This document shows positions 39,919 to 50,748 of a DNA stretch of 64,000 nt, piece after piece. This DNA comes from Paraphysomonas bandaiensis. Lineage: Eukaryota > Protista > Chrysophyceae. The stretch's first letter is position 1. Each line of letters opens with the position of its first letter. The stretch spans positions 62,001 through 126,000 of the forward strand of contig CBFFRP010000209.1 in NCBI GenBank assembly GCA_965644295.1, written 5' to 3'. The notes beneath the pieces were generated by a model, which had not been told where the DNA came from, searched no databases, and saw nothing but the letters and a program-made list of their open reading frames with translations. The position numbers were made by a program, and so were the translations under genes.

Positions 39919-41289
39919 ATGTTAACACATAATCCATCTGGTACATTACCACCATTAGAAATCCCATTAAAAACTCAACGTACAACTATTACATCCCCAC
40001 AATATACTCATATATCAATACATCGTCAATGGCGTATAAAAGATACTGGTAAAAAACAAATTAATATGAATATATGGTCATCTGTATCATACATATCACA
40101 ACAAATGAGTGTATTATCATATGCATTAAATAGATATACAAAAAAAACAGGAGCATTCAATAAATTAACTACGTCTGGTAATAATGATGAGGATGAGACT
40201 CCAATGAATGGAATTATGAGGATTATAACATCATGTATGGAACGTATACAAATTGTTATGTCAGTGAAACAAGCATTAGTTGATATACGTATGCAAATGT
40301 TTTTATTATCACCATGGATTGCACAATTTGATCGTTTATTATCGAATGTGATTCGTATACTTAATGATCGTGCTGCTATGCTATGGAGACGTAATGCATA
40401 TGTTCCACTGGAGAGGGCCTGTATGCTTCACCAGGATGTAACTTCCATCAGTAACATCCTCAACAAAGTATTGACAATTTTTTCTCCTCGTCAAGTTACT
40501 GTAGCAGGCACTCCGTGTCTCAAGTCCTCTGGTTCGTTTACGAATGAGCCCCAGTCGTATCTTGTGGACAGTCAGTTGTGCCCATTAGTGCACCAGGTGA
40601 TCACCCGCATGCGTTTTCACCTTTCCCGTACAGTGCCACTCATGTACACCCATGTCGAAAAGTTAATAGTGAAGAGATTAAGCGATGCGCTTTCGACCAC
40701 AATCAGCAGTTGCTTACACAAAAACAGCTTTCAAGGCAAGCGGCGAAGCCGAGAGCTTACGCTTGGGAGTACTGTGCGCGATAATCTCCTCCAACCTGTT
40801 CTTACCTCTGTGAAGGCTCATTGTCGGGCTCAGTCTTCCATAGAGCGTATTATGACTGCTGCAACTAATTGCTGCATTGATCGCATTTTGGCGTTTATAA
40901 AAGAGAAGAGACTACGCTTTAACGAGGTTGGTGTGTTTGCTCTAAGTGCACAGCTAGACTGCCTGCTTCAGTGGGTTCTACGTGCCAAAAGTTTTCTTGG
41001 ATTACCCCCGTCAGCCCGTCTTGTCATAGATGTTTCTCCGTGGCTTCGTGCGAATGGAATCATGCACATTCTTCTTGCGGCCACGAGTGGAATGCTTCCC
41101 GACTCTACCGACTCATCGGACAAAACACGTATCATATGCCGCCATCTTACCATATTTGAGCAAGAACGATGGGCGGAATTGGGTGCTCCCAAGTCTCTGT
41201 TATGTGTGAAAATGCCTGTTATGATAGCATTGAAGAGGCGCGGCGCAGCTGTATCGATATCTGTTTCCTTGGACATTCGGGACATATGA
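39919..41289 (+). CDS. CCDC142-like / CATCHR-type helical protein
   Basis: 456-aa ORF; CIDRILAFIKEKRLRFNEVGVFALSAQLDCL and EQERWAEL resemble the CCDC142 C-terminal domain and the F...G...L..D motif of tethering-complex subunits. Confidence 0.55.
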   Translation: MLTHNPSGTLPPLEIPLKTQRTTITSPQYTHISIHRQWRIKDTGKKQINMNIWSSVSYISQQMSVLSYALNRYTKKTGAFNKLTTSGNNDEDETPMNGIMRIITSCMERIQIVMSVKQALVDIRMQMFLLSPWIAQFDRLLSNVIRILNDRAAMLWRRNAYVPLERACMLHQDVTSISNILNKVLTIFSPRQVTVAGTPCLKSSGSFTNEPQSYLVDSQLCPLVHQVITRMRFHLSRTVPLMYTHVEKLIVKRLSDALSTTISSCLHKNSFQGKRRSRELTLGSTVRDNLLQPVLTSVKAHCRAQSSIERIMTAATNCCIDRILAFIKEKRLRFNEVGVFALSAQLDCLLQWVLRAKSFLGLPPSARLVIDVSPWLRANGIMHILLAATSGMLPDSTDSSDKTRIICRHLTIFEQERWAELGAPKSLLCVKMPVMIALKRRGAAVSISVSLDIRDI

Positions 41290-42287
41290 CGTCCACTGCT
41301 TTATATACTGCAGTATTTTTGAATCGGGCCGCAGATATTTTGACACTAGGTGGCATAAAAATGTCACAATAATATGATAGCACGTTAAATTGAATTTAAC
41401 AGGATTAGGGGAACTTTATGGTGATCATTGTGTTGTTTTTTTATATTGCGTGTTCTTGTTATGATGTTGATACTAGGTCTCAGTAGATGAAGGTTATATA
41501 AAACGAATGGCTCCTGTACCCCAAACTGATATTACTACACTATTAAAGCAGGAAGCTGTTGATGAAAGGATAATAAATATTTAAAATATTACATAGAATG
41601 ATGCATAACCATACTTATCTTTTGTAATATCGGTGCCCGAAGATGATATTGTATATTTCAAGCGTCGTATTGAACACCTCATGTCTGTTCTTTTCAAACT
41701 TCACTTGAACACTTATTGTCTCCGTTTCTATATTCAATCTGGCATTTAGCGGTTATTTTTGGCTCCAATATATACTATATACGATATAATGACCTATAAT
41801 TGAAAGGGTTTGGTTAACTTTTCTAGTAGCTGTATATAGTATACTATATACCGCTGACAGTGCACAGTAAGTAACTATGAAGATATTAACAGTGCAGAAC
41901 TTGGTGATCTTTCGATGAGAAAAAAATGATGATCCTCTACCTGCGGATGATACTCCACCTACTAGTAATGTGCCCCCAACGGCTATTGCCGCATCGTCTC
42001 CGAGCATAACCACTAACACTAGTGTAAGTTGTAGCGGTGTTATTGCATGTAGTAGTGGTGAGATAGCAATATATGTATGTCTTGTATCCAAAATCAGGCT
42101 ATTTGGTTGCAGCGTTTACAATCTCAAGAGAGGCAAATGCAGCTACATATGAGAATATGATATTACAAAACAGTATACTTTAAAGAAATGAATTATTATT
42201 AATCTAAGCACTTCACAACATATTCATGTAACATCTGGTGAGCATCTGTTCTCAGTTCTCAGAGACACCTGTATATCATATGTTCCC

Positions 42288-42721
42288 TCAACAAAGTCGG
42301 ACTCGTACCTTATCGTGGTGTTCTGCTGGGGGATAAGAACAGGAGATATTTCTCCGGGAAACTAATGTGAGTCGCATATATAGTCAGCAGATATTCTTCT
42401 GCCCACTCATAGCCGAATGCTTGTGTGGCACAAGGGACACTAATAAGTTTTACTTGTGTAGACGTCTTTGGCCCTTGACAAATACACAGACATCCGGTAA
42501 TGGGCCCACCTCAAGAACATCAAGAGTATATAGTGCTGCCTACGGGATGTCAAAAAATCAGAGAGCAAAAGTGGTTGTACCTTTTAGCTTGCGGTGACGC
42601 ACAAGTAGCGTTTGTAGCGCTAAATAGTAGGATAGCAGAGATAAGCACTAGTAAGTAAATTGTTTTGCTAGACTAGTTCTGACTCTTACAAGCCTTTTGC
42701 TAATAATCAGACATTCACTAC
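42288..42721 (+). mobile_element. Short non-autonomous retroelement (SINE/SIDE-like), copy 2
   Basis: 14-bp TSD TATCATATGTTCCC (42274-42287, 42722-42735); same 5' start (CTCAACAAAGTCG) as copy 1; LINE-type 3' tail. Confidence 0.88.
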
Positions 42722-42867
42722 TATCATATGTTCCCCAGTTACTCCTATATCTTATAATGTCACACAGCAGTAACTGAATTTTACTTCCCTCTTGTTACAC
42801 AATATTCACCCGTTACCCGTTACACCTATGAGTTGATTTTATCAATTACACACTATTAACACTACAA

Positions 42868-45009
42868 GTCCGTCTGCATCCGCACTGATGAAGCACTCTC
42901 CGCCAGACGTAGAGCTCTATAGGCCATCGTGCCAAAGGTGTCCTGCTCGAAAGCATTGCAGCTAATAGAGCATGTAAAAGGAAGGTGAACTGGGTTCGGT
43001 CACACCCAGAAAGACGTACCACGGATGAATCGGAAATGGACATTCGAGGGCAAGGGCACCTACATAACAGATGCGGTTGCAGGTGCGGACTGGCACGAAG
43101 TCGACCGACTACTTGGTCGACAAAATTACACTGTCTGTACAATCGAGGTCGACATAGCCATCGAACGCTTGCTAACAGCTGGTTTATGGCACTGCTGGCA
43201 CTTGCCCGGAATACGATGGCCACACCATACGAGTCCACTTCTTATTGATTTTCAAGCCCTTTGCAACAGACGGACACTTGAGACCTACACTGCGCATCGG
43301 GATCAATGCTATGGACACAATCCCGACCGAGCGCCCGGCTACTGGACTGACAGCGGGGCACTTCTCCCGCGCAAACTGGCTCAAGTGGAATGAGGCCCTT
43401 CCAAGGATAAAGACAGCTCACACCTACTACGCCAGAGAGTACTTAACGCGGCACTGACATGGGACAAATCTTTTTGTATAGGACGAAACCGGGCCAAAAC
43501 CAAACAAGGCATTGACCAGACTAAAGCACTGTGGTTTTCGCCTGGACTCTCTCAAACACATGCGCCTAGACTGCACACATGATTCCATCACCCAATCGAG
43601 GTCGACATAGCCATCGAACGCTTGCTAACAGCTGGTTTATGGCACTGCTGGCACTTGCCCGGAATACGATGGCCACACCATACGAGTCCACTTCTTATTG
43701 ATTTTCAAGCCCTTTGCAACAGACGGACACTTGAGACCTACACTGCGCATCGGGATCAATGCTATGGACACAATCCCGACCGAGCGCCCGGCTACTGGAC
43801 TGACAGCGGGGCACTTCTCCCGCGCAAACTGGCTCAAGTGGAATGAGGCCCTTCCAAGGATAAAGACAGCTCACACCTACTACGCCAGAGAGTACTTAAC
43901 GCGGCACTGACATGGGACAAATCTTTTTGTATAGGACGAAACCGGGCCAAAACCAAACAAGGCATTGACCAGACTAAAGCACTGTGGTTTTCGCCTGGAC
44001 TCTCTCAAACACATGCGCCTAGACTGCACACATGATTCCATCACCCAGATAAGGGAGACTGCCTTTCAAAGGCACAAAAATACTCTCCAAAAAATACAAA
44101 GAGAGCAGACCCAACTCCACTGCGTCACAAATGCGCTACAGAGACTCTCCAGTAGGGCCTGGAATCCCTCCATCCCGCAGGTGGAGAGATACTGGACCGG
44201 AACCATCACAACAGCCCAACTTGAAACGGTCTTTGGAGACCACGTACACAACTCCCTGACGGCACACAGTCTTCGACACCTAGAAATAGCGGTTATCGAT
44301 CTACTTCAACCGCTTTATGCTGCAGCGAAGCTAATGTTACAGGATCGCGGCCGCTGTTACATCACTCTGCACAAAGGACTTTCTAGGTTACCCCCGCGAC
44401 CGCGTCAGAAACGGAGTCAGCCATGGAAACGTCCGAGAGTGCTACGATTACTAGAGGGATTCACAGAAGACCCGCGACTGCACCACCTCCCGCCTCACAC
44501 ACAAATCCCACCGGCCTAATCCAAACGAATTTATCACCGTCCAGACCCCCCAAAGACGTCGTCTCCGGCAACTCCATCAACTCCAGAGGTCCAAAAAGAG
44601 CACAGCATCAATGCCCACACATTCAACGCCTCATCCCACCACTCTATCCAACTCACAGCCCACCCACCTAGAACTCGGTATACTCAGGAGCTTAATACGA
44701 AACCCTGAGCCCCCTCCTAACCCAGTGGAGTCTCATCCTAAGGGGAGACCTCCAGATCACACGCGCCGGTGAGTCCCAGGACACACGATCATGGCGAGCC
44801 TTATAACACACACTAAGAACGGAAATGGTTGCACCTTGGTGCTTGCGGCGACGCACAAGCAGCTTCTGTAGCGTTAAATAGTAGGATAAAAGAGTTTGTA
44901 TTGATTAGTTACGGATAGAGGTCTCAATAGTATGTCTAGTATTCTTCTAGCCACTAATTAGTGCAGGTTTTCAACGCCTATTGCTAAATAATAAGACATT
45001 CAATATACT
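42868..45009 (+). mobile_element. 5'-truncated LINE copy with internal 453-bp tandem duplication
   Basis: CGFRLDSLKHMRLDC knuckle remnant; ESHPKGRPPD at 44728-44757; family 3' tail ending AATAAGACATTCAATATA; TSD CACTACAA (42860-42867, 45010-45017). Confidence 0.85.
43140..44045 (+). repeat. Perfect 453-bp tandem duplication inside the LINE
   Basis: 43140-43592 is repeated at 43593-44045; identical ORFs offset by 453 bp in the ORF track. Confidence 0.93.
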
Positions 45010-45032
45010 CACTACAACTGTACTATATACAT

Positions 45033-45184
45033 CACGGCCTGGTAACAATCAATGGGTCATTAATGGTTAATGGTATTGCCATTGTAGTAGCATAACTGCC
45101 GGAACGCCGGGACATATTTATCGATTGCCATTATAGTTACCAGGAACTGGGCACTCATTAAAGGTTACCAGTTCCCAGGCCCTC
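45033..45184. mobile_element. hAT-family MITE (152 bp)
   Basis: Imperfect TIRs CACGGCCTGG...CCAGGCCCTC matching the hAT end at 23993-24007; 8-bp TSD ATATACAT/ATATATAT (7/8); shared GCCGGGAC and GGAACTGG subterminal motifs. Confidence 0.8.
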
Positions 45185-45655
45185 ATATATATCGCATCAT
45201 ACTGCAGAACTCAACAACTCAACGATACAAGAACATAGTTAAATTCTTCTGAATAATATAGTTTATACCAGAGAATACGATTTTCATAGTGTCTGATTAG
45301 GCTCTAGATAAACACTGGAATTTATATCCAACAATGCATTGAAAACTGTGACCCTCGTGCTTATACTATGAAGACTGTAATATATTGACTGTAAATTTAT
45401 AGTGTAAATTTATGTTGACTCCAATGGGAAAGTCTATTGCTAACAGTATTCTGTTGACCCTTTCTGAAAGGAACAATTACAAAAGCTCAACAAGTAATTA
45501 TACTACTCGCATAACGTATTCACCCTGCATGAATGCAACAAAAAGTACCTTCTATACTCCTTGGTCAACGCATTACTTTCACTTAAATATAACGCACCAT
45601 ATTATTATTACTCACACATCGATGACACAAAAATAATAAAGTGAGCAGAAAATTA

Positions 45656-48029
45656 TCAACTTACAAAATCTCCAATTCGCGAAGCTGGATTGCCGGCATA
45701 TATCCCGCTCTCCGTAATGCTCTTAGTAACAACACTTCCAGCTCCAACAACAACATAGTCGCATATATTCACTGGCAATATTGTTGCATTAGTACCGATA
45801 ACAACATGATTTCCGATAGTTGTTCGCAGTAGCTTATCCTCTCTATCAGATCGTTTCAAAGATATACCTATATATAAATATGTTAGGAAGAACTAACGAA
45901 ATTGCACTAAATAACCTTTCATTAGATCATTCACAAATTTAGCGCCGTGTCCTACAAAACAGTCTGAACCTATTGAAACATATTCACATATAAAAGCATG
46001 ACTTTGAATTCTAGTGCGGGCACCGATGGTCACACTACTCTGAATTTCAACAAAGGGACCCACGAATACATCGTCGTAAAGTGTACATTCATATAAATTA
46101 GTGGGTTCGATAATAGTGATACCCTGTCCAACCTGACAGTCTCGTATCTGATGCGTCAGTACCCGAACAGAAGACTGCGCCCCACAATTTTCAGGATTAT
46201 GAGTAAATACAGTCAAATTCGTCGATTCGGCATTCTCATCATTTAATAATAATTCACTCTGCTGTTGTCGCTTTCCCTTGACATGCGCAGAAACATATTC
46301 TCCAGGGTTTATTGAAAAGTAAAATGCTTTCACTACACGCACAACCTGTAGTACCTGTTGATCGGTAAGGGTAGGACACATGGGAAGCGAAAGAATTCGG
46401 TCACAACAGCTGTCGCTCATGGGAAGATGAGCTGCACAACTCGCATAATTCTTGAAACTTTGTTGTCTATGAATAGGTACAGGGTAGTGAATGAGTGCCC
46501 CAATCTTGAATTTATTCGTCATCCACTCAAGCAAAGCATCCCTATGCTCAGTATGTATCACGAACTGGTGATATACTGGCACGCAGGCAGGGGGCACTGC
46601 AGGAAATGATATATCTTCCACACCCGTCAGACTAGTAGTGTATAGGTCTGCAATTTGCCTCCTTCGGATATTCCAGTCATTGAGATAATTGATCTTAACA
46701 CCCAATACCGCCGCCTGCAACGTGTCGATTCGATAATTAAGACCCTTACTGTCATTGTAATATTTCCGATTGGATCCATAGTTCTTTAGAAGTCGTATTG
46801 CATCCGCTAGCTTGTTGCTATCAGTGGTGCACGCACCAGCATCTCCGTATGCTCCTAGATTCTTTCCAGGGTAGAAGGACCAACACCCAATGTCGCCAAA
46901 GGACCCGACGCATCGATCATTCCATCTAGCCCCATGAGCATGAGCGCAGTCTTCAATAAGAAAGAGGCCTCTTCGCTGACATATGTCCACAAGTCTGTCC
47001 ATGTCACAGCATATACCATACATATGAACCGCAAGAATTGCTTTAGTCCTACTGGTAATCGCCCCCTCGATGAGGTTGAGATCCAACTGATAGGAGTCAT
47101 CATGATCTATTAGTACCATTCTCGCTCCGCACTTATCGACCACCAAAGCGTCAGCTATATACGCGTTTCCTTGTAAAATCACTTCATCCCCCTCACCAAC
47201 GCCTAGAGCTTCCATCGCAACAAGTAGAGCATCCGTCCCTGATGTCAACCCTACGCAGTGTTTAGTATTCACATAAGACGCCCATTTAAGTTCAAAATCC
47301 TGTACAGCAGGACCGTTGACGTAGCACGCACTATCCAGTACATCTTTTATCGCTTCATCTACCTCTGTCTTAATTATTTGATAGCTGGCTCGCAGATTCA
47401 AAAAAGGCACCGGAACTACTTCTAGTTTGTCCTACATACAGAAGAGGTCATACAGATGATAATGCATATATGTCAAAGTAGTACCATTGTCATGTTATCA
47501 CAAGCCATAAGTTTCACATGCATCTTTTCTTCCTCAAGTTTCTCTATAATATTTTTATATTGATTATAGTCACCAATATAATCAAGTGGATCAAATGGTG
47601 TACTACATGCAGATAATAATATTGATCCAGCATCAATAAAACGTAATTCAGCCCATTCAAGTTTTTTATGATAGAGACTATCTCCTGATTTTAATATAAT
47701 CGTTTTTCTTGATATCACTGTATCAATAGTCACCTCGATACGACCCGATACACAATATAAAAGTTGATCTATAAGTAAATTAAATCAATCAAATGAAATT
47801 ATTATATAAAGAATTAGATAGATATGTATGTATGTATGCATGTATGTATGTATGTATGTATATACATACCTGTTTTATAATGTGCATGTTTTCCTCGTAT
47901 ACAATTCATGGGAGTCTCTGTGATGATAAAGATACGTTGACATACAAATGGTAAATGATTGAAATTAAATGCTGTTAAATATCCACGATGATCATGATAA
48001 TGATTAATATAATTAGGAGGTGATGACAT
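45656..48029 (-). CDS. Trifunctional NDP-sugar 3,4-ketoisomerase / 3-aminotransferase / N-acyltransferase fusion (FdtA-, FdtB-, QdtC/FdtD-like), 4 exons, 723 aa
   Basis: Exons 48029-47870, 47768-47485, 47431-45916, 45867-45656 (2172 nt), GT-AG introns all in frame. Cupin DHRGYL, RGKHAH, QLLYCVSG, LLSACSTPFDPLDYI; DegT SGTDAL, IEDCAHAHGA, SFYPGKNLGAYGDAG; hexapeptide GPFVEIQ, IQSHAFICE, FVND, GAGSVVTK, YAGNPA. Confidence 0.92.
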
Positions 48030-48092
48030 GATATCTTTGATATAATATCAGGATGGTTAAAGTTAAGAGTGAGTGGAGTGATATGAAGGTAC

Positions 48093-48344
48093 ATGTATGT
48101 ATGTATGTATGTATGTATGTATGTATGTATGTATGTATGTATGTATGTATGTATGTATGTATGTATGTATGTATGTATGTATGTATGTATGTATGTATGT
48201 ATGTATGTATGTATGTATGTATGTATGTATGTATGTATGTATGTATGTATGTATGTATGTATGTATGTATGTATGTATGTATGTATGTATGTATGTATGT
48301 ATGTATGTATGTATGTATGTATGTATGTATGTATGTATGTATGT
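48093..48344. repeat. (ATGT)n microsatellite, about 63 units; shorter copy in intron 1 of the fusion gene (about 47823-47862)
   Basis: Directly visible. Confidence 0.98.
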
Positions 48345-48635
48345 CTGTACATATACTGTACATATAACTTCTTACAGTGTCAAAACCAGGATTTTTATAT
48401 CTAATAACAAGGAAAGAGCACATTTTGCATTTTGCAGTACAGAAGTATATAAAAACTTGGGCTTTGCACAACATGATTTTTCAGGATGTTATTTTGAAAG
48501 GCATCCACTCAAGATACTGAAAGTGAGTCAAGTGGATGTGCAATGAAATTGCATCAAAATCATGTATCCATCCAACCTTATTATGCATGCATCCAACAAC
48601 ACAACAGCTAGTACAACTACAGTAGAAGTGCGACA

Positions 48636-50468
48636 ATGGAGACAACAAACGAAACCTCATTCAGTAAGAAGAAAAGAGGTTCAACAAAAGCGAACAAGAA
48701 ACCCAAAAAACAATGCAATCCTCAAAGAATTCCCGTAACACTCTTATCAGGATTTCTTGGTACTGGGAAGACAACATTGCTGAAACATATTCTTGAGAAC
48801 AAAGAAGGTCTTCGAGTTGCAGTTATTGTCAATGATATGGCTGCGCTGAACATCGATGCATCCCTCATTGAAAAGAGTGGACTTGTTCAAACCCAGCAAG
48901 TAATTATGTATATAGCCATTTACTAAACATATTGTCTGATGTTCTGCTTGCAGGAACTTGTTCAGCTACAAAATGGATGCATTTGTTGTACCCTTCGAAT
49001 GGATTTACTGAAAGAAATTAAGCGACTCTCAGATTCGAGAAGCTTTGACTACATCGTAATCGAATCGACCGGTATCGCAGAGCCTATGCAAGTTGCTGAA
49101 ACATTCGAACTTGATCCTCATACGTTGGCTACTGCTGAAGATGAGATTACTGCGCTCACCTCTTACTCCAGGCTTGATACTTGTGTGACTGTTGTGGATC
49201 TCTCGATGATGAAGCGCAACATTTCTTCAATCGAAACGATACGAGCGGCATACAATGAAGGCACCCAGGATGCAGAGGGGGACAAGCACATTGGTCATCT
49301 GCTCATTGATCAATTGGAATTTGCCAACGTCATCATTCTCAACAAGTGTGACATGGTTCAGACGACTGATATTGAATTTGCCAAGACTTTTATTTCCAAA
49401 ATCAACCCGACAGCGCGAGTTATTTGTTCGACATATAGTCAAGTCGATCCCAAGCATATTTTGAACACTGGCTTCTTTTCGATGGAAGAGGCTCGAAGTT
49501 CCGCTGGTTGGTTGAAAGATCTCATGAACCCGACGCAGAAATCGGAGAGTGAAGAGTACGGTGTCTTGTCATTCGTTTACTCTGCGCGCCGACCCTTTCA
49601 TCCAGATCGATTGAACACCTGTTTGAGAGAAATATTCGTACTGTCAGACGAAATCGCCTCCGACCCTCGTGCTACATTTGGAACCATTTGTGACAGCGCG
49701 ACTCTGCAAAAGTTCGCCGACGAACGGCAGGACAAAATGGAGCAGAAGTTTGGATGGATCGCTCGATCCAAAGGTTTCATTTGGATCGCCTCCCGAGGGG
49801 AGGTCATGGCCGAGTGGAACCATGGGGGGAGAATTTTGGACATATCTCCTTCGACGGAGTGGTTCGTGGATATTCCTGAGAGTGAGTGGGAATTGCCCGA
49901 AGAGGCTGCTGCAGAGATGAAGACAAAGTTTAAAGGAAAGTATGGCGACAAGAGACAAGAAATCGTGTTTATCGGAATCGAAATCAATCAAGAAGCCATT
50001 ACGAAAGCTCTCGATGCATGTTTGTTGTCCGATAAAGAGTTTGGGCTTCATCAGGCCTCATGGTCTTGCCTACATGACCCTTTGCCTGCGTGGCCTCTTC
50101 CAGAAGGCATGTGGATGCAAACGACTTTCAGTGGGAAGGCCACAACACTCAATATTTTGGACAACATGGAACTAAAGATCACCCATCTGTCCCTGGAGAC
50201 CTCAGATATTGGTGCTCCAGTCGCCTGTCAGGTCTTTGTGCGGAACAAATATGAAGACAAACTGATTTGCACCCTGCGATCGGTGACATGTGAGCAAGTG
50301 CTCACCAAAGTTTATTTGCATGGAGCACCCCACGAAATCCGTGTGGTCACTTCGCCAACGACGTCGGGCGAAGGATCTGCTGTTGTTCATCTATTTGGCT
50401 TTGTATCGATTCTTTCTGAAGATAATAAAGACGAAGAGCACAATCATGACGACACTCAGCAGGCGTAA
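48636..50468 (+). CDS. COG0523/CobW-family (Zn metallochaperone) GTPase with CobW_C and an extra nucleoplasmin-like C-terminal domain, 2 exons
   Basis: [53 protein letters not shown]; in-frame intron 48900-48953. Confidence 0.93.
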
Positions 50469-50496
50469 GCACAGTTGGCAGCGATCGGCCACAGCA

Positions 50497-50652
50497 AAAT
50501 CGAATTCTTTGAGAGAATGGAATAAACTAATTATAGGATTTTATTTCTGCTGCAATAGCAATAATATGTGATCGTCTGCCGAAAAATCAAAACTTTTGAA
50601 AAATGGAATAAACTAATAATAGTTTTTACACCTGCTGCAATAGCAATCAATT
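50497..50652 (+). repeat. Diverged two-copy direct repeat (about 70-85 bp) between convergent genes
   Basis: AAAATC...AATGGAATAAACTAAT...CTGCTGCAATAGCAAT occurs twice. Confidence 0.75.
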
Positions 50653-50748
50653 TTTCTTTACCATCTGACAGATATTTCTATATACAGTACACAGTACATT
50701 ACTTAGTGCATTTAACGGAAACGAGCATTCAAGAAAACAGCCATTGTC

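Larger units (their letters stand above)
42180..45216 (-). mobile_element. Diverged solo LTR (relative of the 14838/18669 LTR) split into four pieces by three insertions
   Basis: Pieces at about 42180-42287, 42722-42867, 45010-45032 and 45185-45216 align colinearly to the Copia LTR (e.g. CACCCGTTAC...ACACCTATGAGTTGA and terminal GCAGAACTCAACA). Confidence 0.82.

Noticed and set aside
47473-48029. Separate isomerase gene upstream of a separate aminotransferase gene (operon-like or bacterial contamination)
   Set aside because: Canonical introns join the parts in frame, the aminotransferase ORF has no ATG start of its own (GTG at 47410), and flanking genes are eukaryotic.
47975-48546. HTYI/MYVC repeat ORFs
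   Set aside because: Translations of the (ATGT)n microsatellite.
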